A stretch of 64,000 nt of DNA from contig NC_043021.1 of assembly GCF_006345805.1 (NCBI RefSeq), positions 7,378,001-7,442,000 of the forward strand. The letters run 5' to 3'. The position numbers were made by a program, and so were the translations under genes. This document shows, piece by piece, positions 38,575-51,639 of the stretch. The DNA comes from Octopus sinensis. Its lineage: Eukaryota. The notes below the pieces were generated by a model that was not told where the DNA came from, ran no database searches, and saw only the letters and a list, made by a program, of their open reading frames with translations. Within the stretch, counting starts at the first letter, position 1. The number at the start of each line of letters is the position of its first letter.

Positions 38575-39480
38575 TGAACAGTAAAGCCAGTTGTTACATC
38601 AAAGTGGCTGTTGAATGTTACAGCTAGTTTAACCCCACGCAGATTCTCCGCCAGCTGGTTATCGGTGCAACACTTTGCACCCTTTATATACAATATATTG
38701 TTAGCAGGGAGAGCGAACTCCCACTAACCTCTAGTAGCTAACAGGATCGCCTCAAACGAAGAGCTACATCGGGCTATATGAGGGCGACTTCAAAAATCGC
38801 TATGCTAAACACACATCTTCCTTCTGGCACAGGGACCAAAGTAAAGTTACTAAGTTGGCTTGCCATGTATAGCGTTTGAAGTCTAACGCCACACCACATT
38901 CAATCAAGAGGAGACCACACCATCTGTCAACAGATCAAAAAAATGTAAGCTATGTTTAGCTGAAAGATAACAAATCCTTTTCAAATTTAAGAACTCCACT
39001 GCACTGGCGAATTCCAGATCTGGAACTTTCAACAGATGTAAACATATGGAAAAGTTCCTGTTGACGAATTGGAAAATAACATCCGCTCCGGATTGAGCAC
39101 CCGTGCTGCAGACTCTAGGACTCTATCCACGCAGCCTTATGACTTTACGCTCAAAAAGGACATAATTCTAATTTTCCCCTTCTTTTTCCTTTTTCCAGTG
39201 TTTTCAACCTTTTACCATTTAATCTACTTTCTTCTCGCCTTCTCTGGTATTTTCTCTTATTCTATCGTCCTGTTATAGCTTGATATACTCTGTGGGCTGA
39301 GCCAGAAGATTACGTGAAGGCATCAGACGTGTTATAAAATGCTGTCTGAGTTGTTTTTATCGCATGAAATTATTAGAAGCTCATAAAAAATATACACTGT
39401 AACTATTAAATGATAGTTATCTCTCATTAAATGGAGTGCTTTTATTTTTGTTTGATCTTACCATCACGGGACAGTATACA
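38575..39480 (+). mobile_element. Penelope-like element 3' remnant (GIY-YIG endonuclease pseudogene plus 3' repeat)
   Basis: ~38760-39075 translates with frameshifts to SYIGLYEGDFKNRYAKHTSS..TKLACHV*RLK..SKKCKLCLAE..NSRSGTFNRCKHMEKFLL; (TA)n on both sides. Confidence 0.8.
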
Positions 39481-39481
39481 C

Positions 39482-39535
<54 letters not shown>

Positions 39536-40834
39536 AAATATACAACTCAAATGTGTGTCTGTGTGTGTATCTGTGTGTGTGTCTGTGTGCTTAACTTCCC
39601 GGCACATCTCCTCCTAGCCAACAAATCGTAGAACCACCAAAAATGGGTCACTTAAAGTTTAGGAGAATGAAAATTGAACTGCGCTATTTCTGTTCCGAAA
39701 TTCATCTCGCAAGTGCAAAAATCGAGAATGTGTTTGTTTAGGCCTTATCCCATGCATTGAACAGTGAACTTTACTCAGTCAGCTGTTTGACGTGAACTGT
39801 GTTCACCACGCGTGCAAGCATGCGTAAATTGCATGAAAAATTTTTAAAAAAACAAGAAATAAAAGCGAATCGGCGTAAACATTGTAGAAATTCGGCAAAG
39901 AAATGAATTTTCGGGATGTAGCCTGGAGGGTTTTTTGGTATTAATCGTTTGGACTTTGTGAACACATACCAACTATTTTCATAACATTTTTAATGCTTTG
40001 AATTAAATACTGAAACAAGTAAAAGAGAGTGAGAATAGAGCAAATATGGAAATATCTTGTTTCATTTTTTATTTAAACAGCTTGCGCAAAACAAGCCAAT
40101 AATTGTAATACAATTACTTTTGCAAGAATAGCTTAAGTAGAGTTTCCTTTAATGTCTTTATTCCATCATTGAACACTTCTGTTTGGAGGGTTTGAATCTG
40201 ATCCTTGACTTAGAGACTTGAAGAAAACTTTTCTGCACTTCTTTTCAGTCTAATTCACCCACCATAATCAAGCTGTGTCCTGACGTGGCTAAAGAAAATT
40301 TCCCTGCCTTAGATAAAGGTTAAAACTCAAGAGAAATAATAGTAAGTTCACGAAGGTACTTAAATGGATACCTAAAAGGCCAACTTGAGGAGAATCAATC
40401 AGATGAAATATCTAAATATCAAAAGCTATCAAACTATTCTGCGCTGTCAAGTTTGTCAACATCTGCAGCTGAAGCAAGCCAACCAAGCGCCAGGGAAGCC
40501 CGTGGTAGCGCACAAACTGTAACAACTATTTCTATTAATTTACATCTCATGATTGACACTTTTAAGACAGATGATGATCATAATGGTCAACAAGAAAAAG
40601 ACAGAGCAGAATGATGAACGAACAAATAACTTTAGGGATTTCAGAAAATATAGAGGCATTGCAGACAGACTCGAAATAGTTATATGATACAGAATTCTTT
40701 AATGCAAGACATCGCTCCTTTTTAAAACATAAAAAGAAACAGGTGTTGCAATTAGCAAATCTAGTAAGGTTTGCAAGGAGCAAAACAGATGTTTCTCCAA
40801 TAAGGCTTTGAAAAATGATTGAAAACGTCTCTTA

Positions 40835-41253
40835 TTTATTTATTTATTGCCCACAAGGGGCTAAACATAGAGGGAACAAACAAGGACAGACAAACGGATT
40901 AAGTCGATTATATCGACCCCAGTGCATAACTGGTACTTAACTTATCGACCCCAAAAGGATGAAAGGCAAAGTCGACCTCGGCGAAATTTGAACTCAGAAC
41001 TTAACAGCAGACGAAATACCTATTTCTTTACTAACCACAAGGGACTAAACACAGAGTGGACAAACAAGGACAGACAAACGGATTAAGTCGATTATATCGA
41101 CCCCAGTGCGTCACTGGTACTTATTTAATCGACCCCGAAAGGATGAAAGGCAAAGTCTACCTCGACGGAATTTGAACTCAGAACGTAACAGTAGACGAAA
41201 TACCGCTAAGCATTTCGTCCGGCGTGCTAACGGTTCTGCCAGCTCGCCGCCTT
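40835..41253 (-). mobile_element. SINE B dimer
   Basis: Two units joined near 41020. Confidence 0.9.
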
Positions 41254-41499
41254 TTAAATGGTTGAAAACGTTTCTGCAAAGTATTTTGCCTGTCCTTACA
41301 TCCTGAGTTCAAATTTCGCCGAGCTCCACTTTGCCCTTCATCCTTTAAGGAGTGAGATAGATAGGCAAAAAAACTCTAGAAGGGCAAAAATTTATTCATT
41401 GACCTTACATTGATCACACATAAATTTGCTCTTTGTTATTAACTACATTAAGCATTTCTAAATACAATTTTCATTTAGTGGAGGTGGTCTAAAATTTGT

Positions 41500-42105
41500 A
41501 CCACCGAACAATAGATACATCTTTATTTGTGATAATCTTGGAAACATTGCTTCTCTTTACGAAGACAGAAGAACTTTCCAAAATAGACCATTTCCACTCT
41601 GTTCTGACTTGCCAAGCTTTTGAACTGCACAAAGCACACCTTCTAGCTCCTCTTATTGGCTGAAAAGCCGACTATCTCTCTTTCTAATCTCTAATGAAAC
41701 ATGAGGTTTCCGCCTTTTAATTTCTGTTGAAGGCCTTTTAGTTTTTCTCTTTAGCACAATACATTCTGCTGCTAAGCCATTAATAACTTCCAATCTGTAT
41801 TTTTTTCAGTGTCATATTGCTGTCCTGTACTTTCTTATGAAGTATGAAAGCATTTACAATTGTTGCATCAAGAAGGTAAAAAAATATTCTGTTCCACCAT
41901 TTGTGACTCTTATGTTTTCTTTAGCTGGTCAAACTTATCTACACAATTCATATTTAGGTTGTGGACAGTTTATTTGGAGCTTGGTTCCATCCTTTCCTCG
42001 CCTTGAAACTTGGCATATTTCGGTAGGATCGCGATAATTAGAAGCAGCATATACCACTCTCTTATCTTTCCATTTCACAGCTGAGATTCCATCATCAGAA
42101 ATAAA
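41500..42105 (-). pseudogene. piggyBac transposase C-terminal remnant
   Basis: ISAVKWKDKRVVYAASNY..INCPQP..VDKFDQL..KWWNRIFFYLLDATIVNAFILH followed by Cys-rich CALC motif. Confidence 0.82.
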
Positions 42106-42106
42106 C

Positions 42107-42374
42107 CGGTCGTAGGATCGCGGTTTCGATTCCCAGACCGGGCGTTGTGAGTGTTTATTGAGCGAAAACACCTAAAGCTCCACGAAGCTCCTGCAGGGGG
42201 TGGTGGCGATTGCTGCTGTACTCTTTCGCCACAACTTTCTCTCACTCTTTCTTCTGTTGGCCTGCTCGCTTAGCCAGCGGGGTGGCGTCATTTGAAGGCT
42301 AAAACAATGCGAAGCACATTGTGACCAGCGATGTGTAACAACATCTGATAGCCTGGTCGGTCACGGGGATCACG

Positions 42375-42380
<6 letters not shown>
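42107..42380 (+). mobile_element. SINE C head (5' truncated) with a third tail type
   Basis: Closely matches C up to CTCTCACTCTT, then GGCCTGCTCGCTTAGCC...TCACGGTGATA. Confidence 0.85.
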
Positions 42381-42429
<49 letters not shown>

Positions 42430-43114
42430 TATATGTATATATGTAGGTATGTACATATGGTATGTATATATGCATATATCTATATATTATTTATATGCGT
42501 GTGTGTGTTTGTCTGTAACTTGGTGGTTCGGCAAAATAAATGACAATAAGTACCAGGCTTATGAGAAAAGAAAGTATTGGGATAATGTCGTTCGTCTTAA
42601 AGAAGGTTCTTCATGGCGGTGCCCCACTATGGCCAAAGGCTGAAACGGGTAAAACAAAAAAAAAAAACAATAATAATTGACATTTACTTATTTTATTGAT
42701 CCCAGAATGATAAAGATGCAAACTTGACCTCAGTAAGATTTGAACTTTGTCATAACATAAGAGGAGGTATAACTGAAATAACACGTGGCATTTCCTTCTC
42801 CCCCCTCTACGGTTTCTGCATTCGCTTTCACTCTTTACATTACGATATTAATGAATCATGACAAGCCAATTTGGATTTTAAAAAGGTACAGAAAAAAAAA
42901 ATAAAACAAAATTAATAAAGCAATAAACAAATTAAAAAATTTGACATTTAAATTCCTGTTAATAGCAATGAAAAAAAATATATAAATTAGATATTATATT
43001 TTGTTAATTGTCCTAAATTTTCAGCCCCCAGAAGTTCTTCAATATTTTAAAGTATTATAGCATTTTAAAATGACGCTGGATTCGTAGAAATGAGGTTTGT
43101 GTGTGTGTATGTGT

Positions 43115-43170
<56 letters not shown>

Positions 43171-43482
43171 ATTAGGTTATTAGTTATTCAATCAGGGAAA
43201 GGAGTGAAAGCAGAACAATATTCATGATGCAGAAGTTGCATGCTATGGCACAATATTACGTTAGTGGGAATACTCTCGAAGGGGTCGATCGCATTGACAG
43301 TGGACTTGGGCGCTTTTCATACCACCTCTCGTAATCAGTTTTGACTCTCGTGAGTGCATCCACCCTTTGACAGATTTTTGTTTGTATTCATTCCATATGG
43401 TGTCCAAAAATCTCCACCTCGCCAAGCAAGGTTTGTGGATTCGACTGTTAAGTTGCCGACCACCCGACATTTAAACTGGTTT

Positions 43483-43718
43483 GTTATAATCGTAGCTACA
43501 CACGCATACATACATACATACATACATACATACATACATACATGATGGTTGCCCCCTAGTTATCGAGTATGGCCATTGCACGAAGCTTAACTGTTATTGG
43601 TGCTATGATCACATTCGCTTATAGCACCAATAACAGTTAAGCTTCGTGCAATGGCCATACTCGATAACTAGGGGGCAACCATCATGTATGTATGTATGTA
43701 TGTATGTATGTATGTGCT

Positions 43719-43781
<63 letters not shown>

Positions 43782-43842
43782 ATGTATGTATGTATGTATG
43801 TATGTATGTATGTATGTATGCGTGTGTGGCTACGATTATAAC
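43483..43842. repeat. long hairpin palindrome
   Basis: Perfect arms 43541-43606 / 43621-43686, 14-nt loop, extended by (CATA)n/(TATG)n and outer GTTATAATCGTAGC / GCTACGATTATAAC. Confidence 0.92.
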
Positions 43843-43889
43843 ATGAAGCCCAGTTACAACTACAGCCGGCTACTTTGTAGATCTTTAGC

Positions 43890-44120
43890 TGGTGTGTGTA
43901 TGTATATGTTTGTGTGTCTGTGTTTGTCCCCCAACATCGCTTGACAACCGATGCTGGTGTGCTTACGTCCCCGTCACCTAGCGGTTCGGCAAGAGAGGCC
44001 GATAGAATAAGTACTAGGCTTACAAAGAATAAGTCCTGTGATCGATTTGCTCGACTGAAGCATAGCTGCAGTCAAATGACTGAAACAAATAAAAAGAATA
44101 AAAGAAAAAGAATAAAAGAA
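43890..44120 (+). mobile_element. SINE A 3' half
   Basis: Matches the consensus. Confidence 0.88.
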
Positions 44121-44240
44121 GAATATATATGTACGTATGTATGTATGTACGTATGTATGTATGTATGTATGTATGTATGTATGTATGTTATGTATGTATG
44201 TATGTATGTTTGTGGATGGATGGATGGACGGATGGATATA

Positions 44241-44656
44241 GATTCAGTAAGGTATGTAATACCACTTGCTAAAATCAGAGCCAAGTCTGCAAAACCACCA
44301 TAAAACTCACAATAAAGATACATAAGAGTAATGAGCATACGAAAAATAGGCTTACTTTTGCGTTGAATACATCAGTAAGTAATATTTCAGTACCAATTGA
44401 TTTCATCCTCTGTACGACCAACATACTTTGGGATTTTCAGTTGAAAATAACATTTTAACATCTATTTCTGAAATATTCACTACATGTAGAGCATATTTTA
44501 GAAATATATATTACTTACTGATGTATTCAACGCAAAGGTAAGCTTATTTCTCATATTTTCATTGCATTGCTCGTATGTATCTTTATTGTGAGTTTCTGGT
44601 GGTTTTGGAGCCTTGGCTCTGATTTTAGCAAGTGGCATTATATACCCTACTGAATC
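44241..44656. mobile_element. MITE with ~150-bp imperfect TIRs, TA flanks
   Basis: TA|GATTCAGTA...TACTGAATC|TA; CCACTTGCTAAAATCAGAGCCAAG inverted at the right end. Confidence 0.85.
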
Positions 44657-44732
44657 TAAATTTATCATATAATTTGCCTGTAACGGTGTGAACTTGCTAG
44701 CCACCTTATTGTTACTTTATTAATATCATTAA

Positions 44733-45110
44733 CGGTTCAGGGTTCAGTCCCACTGCGTGGCACCTTGGCCAAGTGTCTTCTACTATAGCCTCGGGCCGAC
44801 CAAAGTCTTGTGAGTGGATTTGGTAGACGGAAACTGAAAGAAACTCGTCGTATATATGTGTTTGTGTGTGTGTGAGTGTGTATTGTGTGTGTGTGTGTGT
44901 TTATGTGTCTCTATTTGTCCCCCTAACATTGCTTGATAACCGATGCTGGTGTGTTTACGTCCCTGTAACTTAGCGGTTCAGCAAAAGGACCGATAGAATA
45001 AGTACCAGGCTTACAAAGAATAAGTCCTGGGGGTCGATTTGCTCGACTAAAGACGATGCTCCAGCATGGCCTCAGTCAAATGACTGAAACAAGTAAAAGA
45101 ATAAAAGAAT
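44733..45110 (+). mobile_element. SINE A
   Basis: Matches the consensus; A box lost. Confidence 0.9.
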
Positions 45111-45127
45111 ATATTATATATATATAC

Positions 45128-45310
45128 TATTGTATAGAGGGCATTATTACACATAAATGCCTCACACTAAGAGGGACAAAGTCATTACTACCAAAATTAT
45201 ACTAATCATACCTAAATGCAGTTTAGGTATGATTAGTATAATTTTGGTAGTAATGACTTTGTCCCTCTTAGTGTGAGGCATTTATGTGTAATAATGCCCT
45301 CTATACAATA
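45128..45310. repeat. perfect hairpin, 89-bp arms, 5-nt loop
   Basis: 45128-45216 is the reverse complement of 45222-45310; lies within a TA-flanked segment to ~45445. Confidence 0.92.
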
Positions 45311-45442
45311 TAGATATAATTAATTTGTTCAAAAGAAAAAAATTATTTTCGAATTCTTTTCTTTTATGAGGTTTTCATGCTAACTACCTGATAATTTCTT
45401 GTTAAAATCCCTTATTAAGAGATTATCCTTAATTGTTAAACT

Positions 45443-45478
<36 letters not shown>

Positions 45479-46702
45479 TATGTATATATAGTGGTGGGTG
45501 GATTGATTGGACATGGGACAAAATTTTCCTCAGACTGGTCACCTGGGAAGTAGTGCAACAATGGTCCTCAGTACCCAGAACGACTGCCACCCCCACTCCA
45601 CCTCATCCCACACAAACTTTCCCATTTCCCACACTTCTGAACCCGATGCAACTTAACCAAAAACTCGGAGGTGGTTTATTAAAATGAGTCACGGATTATA
45701 TCTGCTACCCAAGAACTGTAAGAGTGGTCCCTCGGATGGCATTCCACCCATTTCCATCCCATCCCCCACTCTACTTAATTTTTGCCTCAAAACCTTTCGA
45801 TCGACCTCAGGCAATGGTTAAATTTTCTTTTTAAATTATACCATAGTGGGATCAAACTTGAAACCAGGTAGTCGGCAGTCAAACCAGTTTATCCGACAGT
45901 TTGTGATAGTCTGCCGTCCTATCCTAGTGAGTGTGGAATGAAGTGAGTAACATGGTTGGATATGTTATATATACGTTTCCAGTAGATCAAACACTGCTAG
46001 TATCAGGCAGGATTTGAGTAAATTGCGGACGCTGCGAACCATTGACTATGCCTTGGTCTACCATTGCGGTAAGCAAGGGCGAGAGAGATTTTAGCATCGA
46101 GAAGGGGCGTGTCAAACCTACTTAAGACAGCCCTCTTTTTACGCCATTTGATCTCTCTTTCTTTCTCCTCTCTCTCTCTCTCTCCCTCTTTCTTTCTTTC
46201 TTTCTCTCCCTCTTTCCACGCTCTTCTCTCACCATCTCCTATCTCTCTTTTTCTTTCTCTCCCTCCTCTCTCTCTCTCTCTCTCGCTATTGCCCTCTCTC
46301 TACATCCAACAGAAATCTCTATGGATACAGCTAACTCAAATATTTGATCCGGTTAAAAAGATGTATACATGCGTGTGTTTGTGTGCGTATATATATATAT
46401 GCATGTATATATATATATATTGTGTGTGTGTGCATACATACATACATGCATACATACATACATACATACATACATACATACATACATACATACATACATA
46501 CGAACAGATATGCATACATTTATAGGAAGCGCTGACCAGAAAGGAGTGTAATGTGATAATTGCTGGAAGTAACACTTAAATAGAATGAGCACGTGACAGA
46601 GGGAAGGTGTATGAGAGATCGAAGGGTGGAGTGGAAGTATGTGGATGAAGAGATAATGGGAGATGGAGGAGGTGAAGGAGGTGGAGTATGAGAAGAATGG
46701 TG

Positions 46703-46740
<38 letters not shown>

Positions 46741-46977
46741 ATGGGAGGGAGGGAGGAAAGAGAGGGAGGCGACAAATGAACGGCCACGCAGACTGAGGGA
46801 AATTTGGAAAATTGGCAAGGCAAATTATTCCTGTTTGAAATGCAAACTGTTTAATAAACAAGAATGATAACAACAACAACAACGTCAACAACAGTATCAA
46901 CAACGAACAACGGCAACAGTAAGAACAACGTCAACAAAAGCTCTAAGAAAAATATTGTTATTGATAAAACAATATTT

Positions 46978-48522
46978 AAGGCGGCGAGCTTGGCAGAATC
47001 GTTAGCACGCCGGGCGAAATGCGTAGCCGTATTTCGTCTGCCGTTACGTTCTGAGTTCAAATTCCGCCGAGGTCGACTTTGCCTTTCATCCTTTCGGGAT
47101 CGATAAATTAAGTACCAGTTACGCACTGGGGTCGATGTAATCGACTCAATCCCTTTGTCTGTCCTTGTTTGTCCCCTCTCTGTGTTTAGCCCCTTGAGGG
47201 CAATAAAGAAATAAGAATCGTTAAAACACCAGACAAAAGCTTAGCGGCGTTGCGTCTGTCTTTACGTTCTGAACGGAGTTCAAATTCCACTGAGGTTGCC
47301 TCTGCTGTTCATTCCCTTTCGGGGGTCGATAAAGCAAGCACCACTTGAACACTTGGGTCGATGTAATCGACTTACCGTCTCCCTACGAACGTGCTGGCCT
47401 TGTGCCGAAATTTTAAACTAAAATTGTTTTTATTAATAAAAATAATTTTAGGCGACGAGCTGACAGGTCGTTACTGCGCCGGACAATATGCTAAACGACA
47501 TTTTGTCCGTCATTACATTTTAAGTTCAAATCCCTTCGAGGTCTATTTAGCCTTTCATCCTTTCGGGGTCGATAAAATAAGTACCAGTTAAACACTCGGG
47601 TCGATTACATCGAGTTACCTCCTCTCCCGAACCTTGTGCCAAAATTTTATTGAAGTAGTTGTGTGGTAAGAAGCTTGCTTACCAACCACATGGTTCCGGG
47701 TTCAGTCCCACTGCGTGGCATCTTGGGCAAGTGTCTTCTACTATAGCCTCGGGCCGACCAAAGGCTTGTGAGTGGATTTGGTAGACGGAAACTGAAAGAA
47801 GCCCTCATCATGTGTGTATGTGTGTGTCTGTGTGTCTGTGTTTGTCTCGCCCACCATCACTTGACAACCGATGCTGGTGTGTTTACGTCTCCGTAACTCA
47901 ACGGTTCGGCAAAAGAGAACGATAGAATAAGAACTAGGCTTGCAAAGAATAAGTCCTGGCGTCGATTTGACCGAATAAAGGCGGTGCTCCAGCGTGGCCT
48001 CAGTCAAATAAGAGAAGCAAATAAAAGAAAAGGCGACCAGTTGGCAGAATCGTTAGAGTTCCGGGCAAAATGCTTAACAGCATTTCGTCGGTCTTTACAT
48101 CCTGAGTTCAAATTCCGCCGAGGTCGACTTAGCCTTTCATCCTTTCCGAGTCGATAAATTAAGTACCAGTTTAGTACTGGAGTCAATGTAATCGATTATC
48201 CCCCCTTACCCTCCCCTCCACTCCACCCCAAAAAGAATTTCAGGTCTTGTTCCTATTGTAGAAAGGATTAATAAAAATTATTTAAGGCATAGGAGTGGCT
48301 GTGTGGTAAGTAGCTTGCTTACGAACCACATAGTTCCGGGTTCAGTCCCACTGCGTGGCACCTTGGGCAAATGTCTTCTACTATAGCCTCGGGCCGACCG
48401 AAGCCTTGTGAGTGGATTTGGTAGACGGAAACTGAAAGAAGCCCGTCGTATATATGCATGTGTGTGTGTGTGTGTGTGTATGTGTGTGTGTGTTATGTTT
48501 TTGTGTCTGTGTTTGTCCCCCA
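46978..48522 (+). mobile_element. SINE cluster B-B-B-A-B-A(5'), all on the same strand
   Basis: B 46978-47213, 47213-47410, 47448-47645; A 47655-48028; B 48029-48268; A 48286-48522. Confidence 0.88.
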
Positions 48523-48918
48523 AATGATATCGCTTCCCAGCGATAGCAACAGACCTGGGTTACCAATATGTACTCTATTTCTGACTCTTCCTTCTGTGTA
48601 GGAAGAATTGGAAGACTTGAGAACTAGTAAAATTCTCAAGATCGCCAGTTACATTTGAAAAGAATAAATTTTAAAACAAGCACACAAATATAACAACTTT
48701 AGTTTTAATCAACTTCAGTTCGTCTCCTTACGGCAACAAATTCATATCATTAAATTTTAAACATAAATCTGAAAAAAAAAGACTTCACTTTTGAACTTCT
48801 TCTAATTATCTCATATAAAAACATATTTGCTTTCAATATGACTCAAGCAGGTGTCTTTCGACGGCCAGTGAGCTTCAGTGTGAAATACCAAGAGATATAA
48901 TGGTGCCAGTGCTGTTAT

Positions 48919-49302
48919 GTGGAGGCGCAATGGCCCAGTGGTTAGGGCAGCGGACTCGCGGTCATAAGATCGCGGTTTCGATTCCCAGACCGGGCGTTGT
49001 GAGTGTTTATTGAGCGAAAACACCTAAAAGCTCCACGAGGCTCCGGCAGGGGATGGTGGTGATCCCTGCTGTACTCTTGCACCACAACTTTCTCTCACTC
49101 TTACTTCCTGTTTCTGTTGTACCTGTATTTCAAAGGGCCGGCCTTGTCACTCTCTGTGTCACGCTGAATATCCCCGAGAACGACGTTAAGGGTACACGTG
49201 TCTGTGGAGTGCTCAGCCACTTACACGTTAATTTCACGAGCAGGCTGTTCCGTTGATTCGGATCAACCGGAACCCTCGTCGTCGTAACCGACGGAGTGCT
49301 TC
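48919..49302 (+). mobile_element. SINE C, full length
   Basis: Near-identical to the 31060 copy; AGTGCTGTT on both flanks. Confidence 0.92.
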
Positions 49303-49319
49303 CATTAGTGCTGTTCTAT

Positions 49320-51360
49320 GATTGTATAACGGATGGGTCGATGTGTAACACTGGAGGTACAGTGAATTAGGAACGTATGGCTGTGTGACTGTGTGACTGC
49401 ATGACGGAGTGATAGTGTCATATCGGTACGTTGAGACAATGCGTCGTTGAAAAAGTGGGACAATATGACTGTTTATCAGTGCGCTTGTGTGACGGAGTGA
49501 CACTGACAGTGCGACGATGTGACGGCGTGAACGTGTAATAGTGTGACGGTATGACGATGTGACGTTACGATGGTGTAACTGTACAGAAGAGTAAGGATGT
49601 GCCACTGTGACGGTGGCAGGGTATGGACAGTGTGACATTGTAACGGTGGGTCATTGTGACAGTGGGTTGGTGTGACTGATGATGTAACGATATAACTGTG
49701 ACAGTTTGACGATGTAAACCTGTAATGTCGTGACAGTCTAACAGTTTAAATCTCCAACTGTCTGATTCTGTGACGCTGTGACGGTGTAACAGCGTGACAG
49801 TGTGACAGTATGACGGTGTAGAGTGGTAACTGTGTGACGGTGTGAAGCTGCAACTGCCTGGTTCTGTAACGGCGTGACGGGGTAATGTTGTAACAGTGTG
49901 ACAGTGTAAAACTCCAGCAATCTGACGCTATAACGGTGTGACGACGTGACAGTGTGCCAGTGTAATGCTGCAAGAGCCTGACGCGGTAACACTGTAACAT
50001 TGTTACACTGTGACAGTTAAAGCTACAGCAGCCTTACTCTGTAACGGCATGACAGCATATCGGTGTGACTGTGCAACGGAGTAAAACGCCAACAGTCTGA
50101 CGCTGTGAGAGCGTGAAGATGTAACGCAGTAACAGCTTGATGCTGTAACGCTGTGACGGCGTGACGGAGTGACGGTATAACTGTGTGATTGTGCAACAGT
50201 GTGACTGTACGACGGTGTAACTTTATAACAGTTCGACGGGCGGACGGTATGATAGCCCGATGATGTCACAACATGACTGCGTGACAGTGTAACATTGGAA
50301 CGATCTGATGATATGATGATGTTAGTGTGAATATATGATCATGTAAGCTGTAACAGTGTGACGGCAGAGCATTGCAACAGCTTGATGGTATGACTGCGCG
50401 GCGGTATAACTTTCCAACAGTCTGATGGCGGCACGATGTGATAGCGTGATGGTGTCATAGTGTCACAATGTTGCAGTGTAACACTGGAACGGTCTGGCGG
50501 TGTGATGATGTGACAGAGCGAAGATATGATGGTGTAAGCTGCACGAGTGTGACGATGTAACGCTGTAACATCTTGATACTGTAACGCTGTGACGGCGTGA
50601 CGGCATGACGGTGTTACTGTCCAACGGTGTGACCGTGCAACGGTGTGACCGTGCAACGGTGTGGCCGTGCAACGGTGTGACCGTGCAACGGTGTGACCGT
50701 GCAACGGTGTGGCTGTCCAACGGTGTGACCGTGCAACGGTGTGGCCGTACAACGGTGTGACCGTGCAACGGTGTTACTGTACAACGGTGTGACCGTGCAA
50801 CGGTGTGACTGTCCAACGGTGTGACCGTGCAACGGCGTGGCTGTGCAACGATGTGACCGTGCAACGGTGTGGCCGTACAACGGTGTGACCGTGCAACGGT
50901 GTTACTGTACAACGGTGTGACCGTGCAACGGTGTGACCGTGCAACGGTGTGACCGTGCAACGGTGTGACTGTCCAACGGTGTGACCGTGCAACGGCGTGG
51001 CTGTGCAACGGTGTGACCGTGCAACGGTGTGACCGTGCGATGGTGTGACCGTGCAACGGTGTGGCTGTGCAACGGTGTGATCGTGCAACGGTGTGGCCGT
51101 GCAACGGTGTGATCGTGCAACGGTGTGGCCGCGCAACGGTGTGGCCGCGCAACGGTGTGACCGTGCAACGGTGTGACCGTGCAACGGTGTGACCGTGCGA
51201 CGGTGTAACTGTACAACAGTCTTGATGGCGGGCAGGACGGTGTAGTAGCGTGATGGCGTCACGGTGTCACAATGTGAGAGTGTAACGCTGAAACGGTCTG
51301 AGATGTGATGGTGTGACGATAGAGTGCGGGAGTTATGCCGGTGTAACGGTGTGATCACTT
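49320..51360. repeat. minisatellite: 16-bp core (GTGTGACCGTGCAACG)n at ~50610-51215 within a degenerate 8-bp-period array
   Basis: Directly visible. Confidence 0.93.
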
Positions 51361-51639
51361 GCACAAGAAATCCATTCAAGTTGAAGTAATAAGCTTGTCA
51401 GATTTGATTTCGGATTTCCTCTACTGATGTGATGTTTTGGTAAGACATCGTTTAACGTAGGATTACACGCTTCACAGTCCTACACAACCTTGCCATCTTC
51501 CTCCATCCCACCCTAACACATCATCACAACCGCCATCTTACTTATCATCACCACCACCACTGCCACCAACACCATCATCATCATTAGTATTATCATCATA
51601 TTAGATATTTATATGGGAGCGCGCGCATCCTTGTATTTA

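Noticed and set aside
39295-39385. Possible degenerate hammerhead in the Penelope 3' region
   Set aside because: Core reads CAGAAGA and stem III is unpaired; too degenerate to call
50339-51379. Repetitive HTVARSHRC ORFs / CRISPR-like periodicity
   Set aside because: Stop-poor minisatellite open in several frames; no unique spacers and no cas genes
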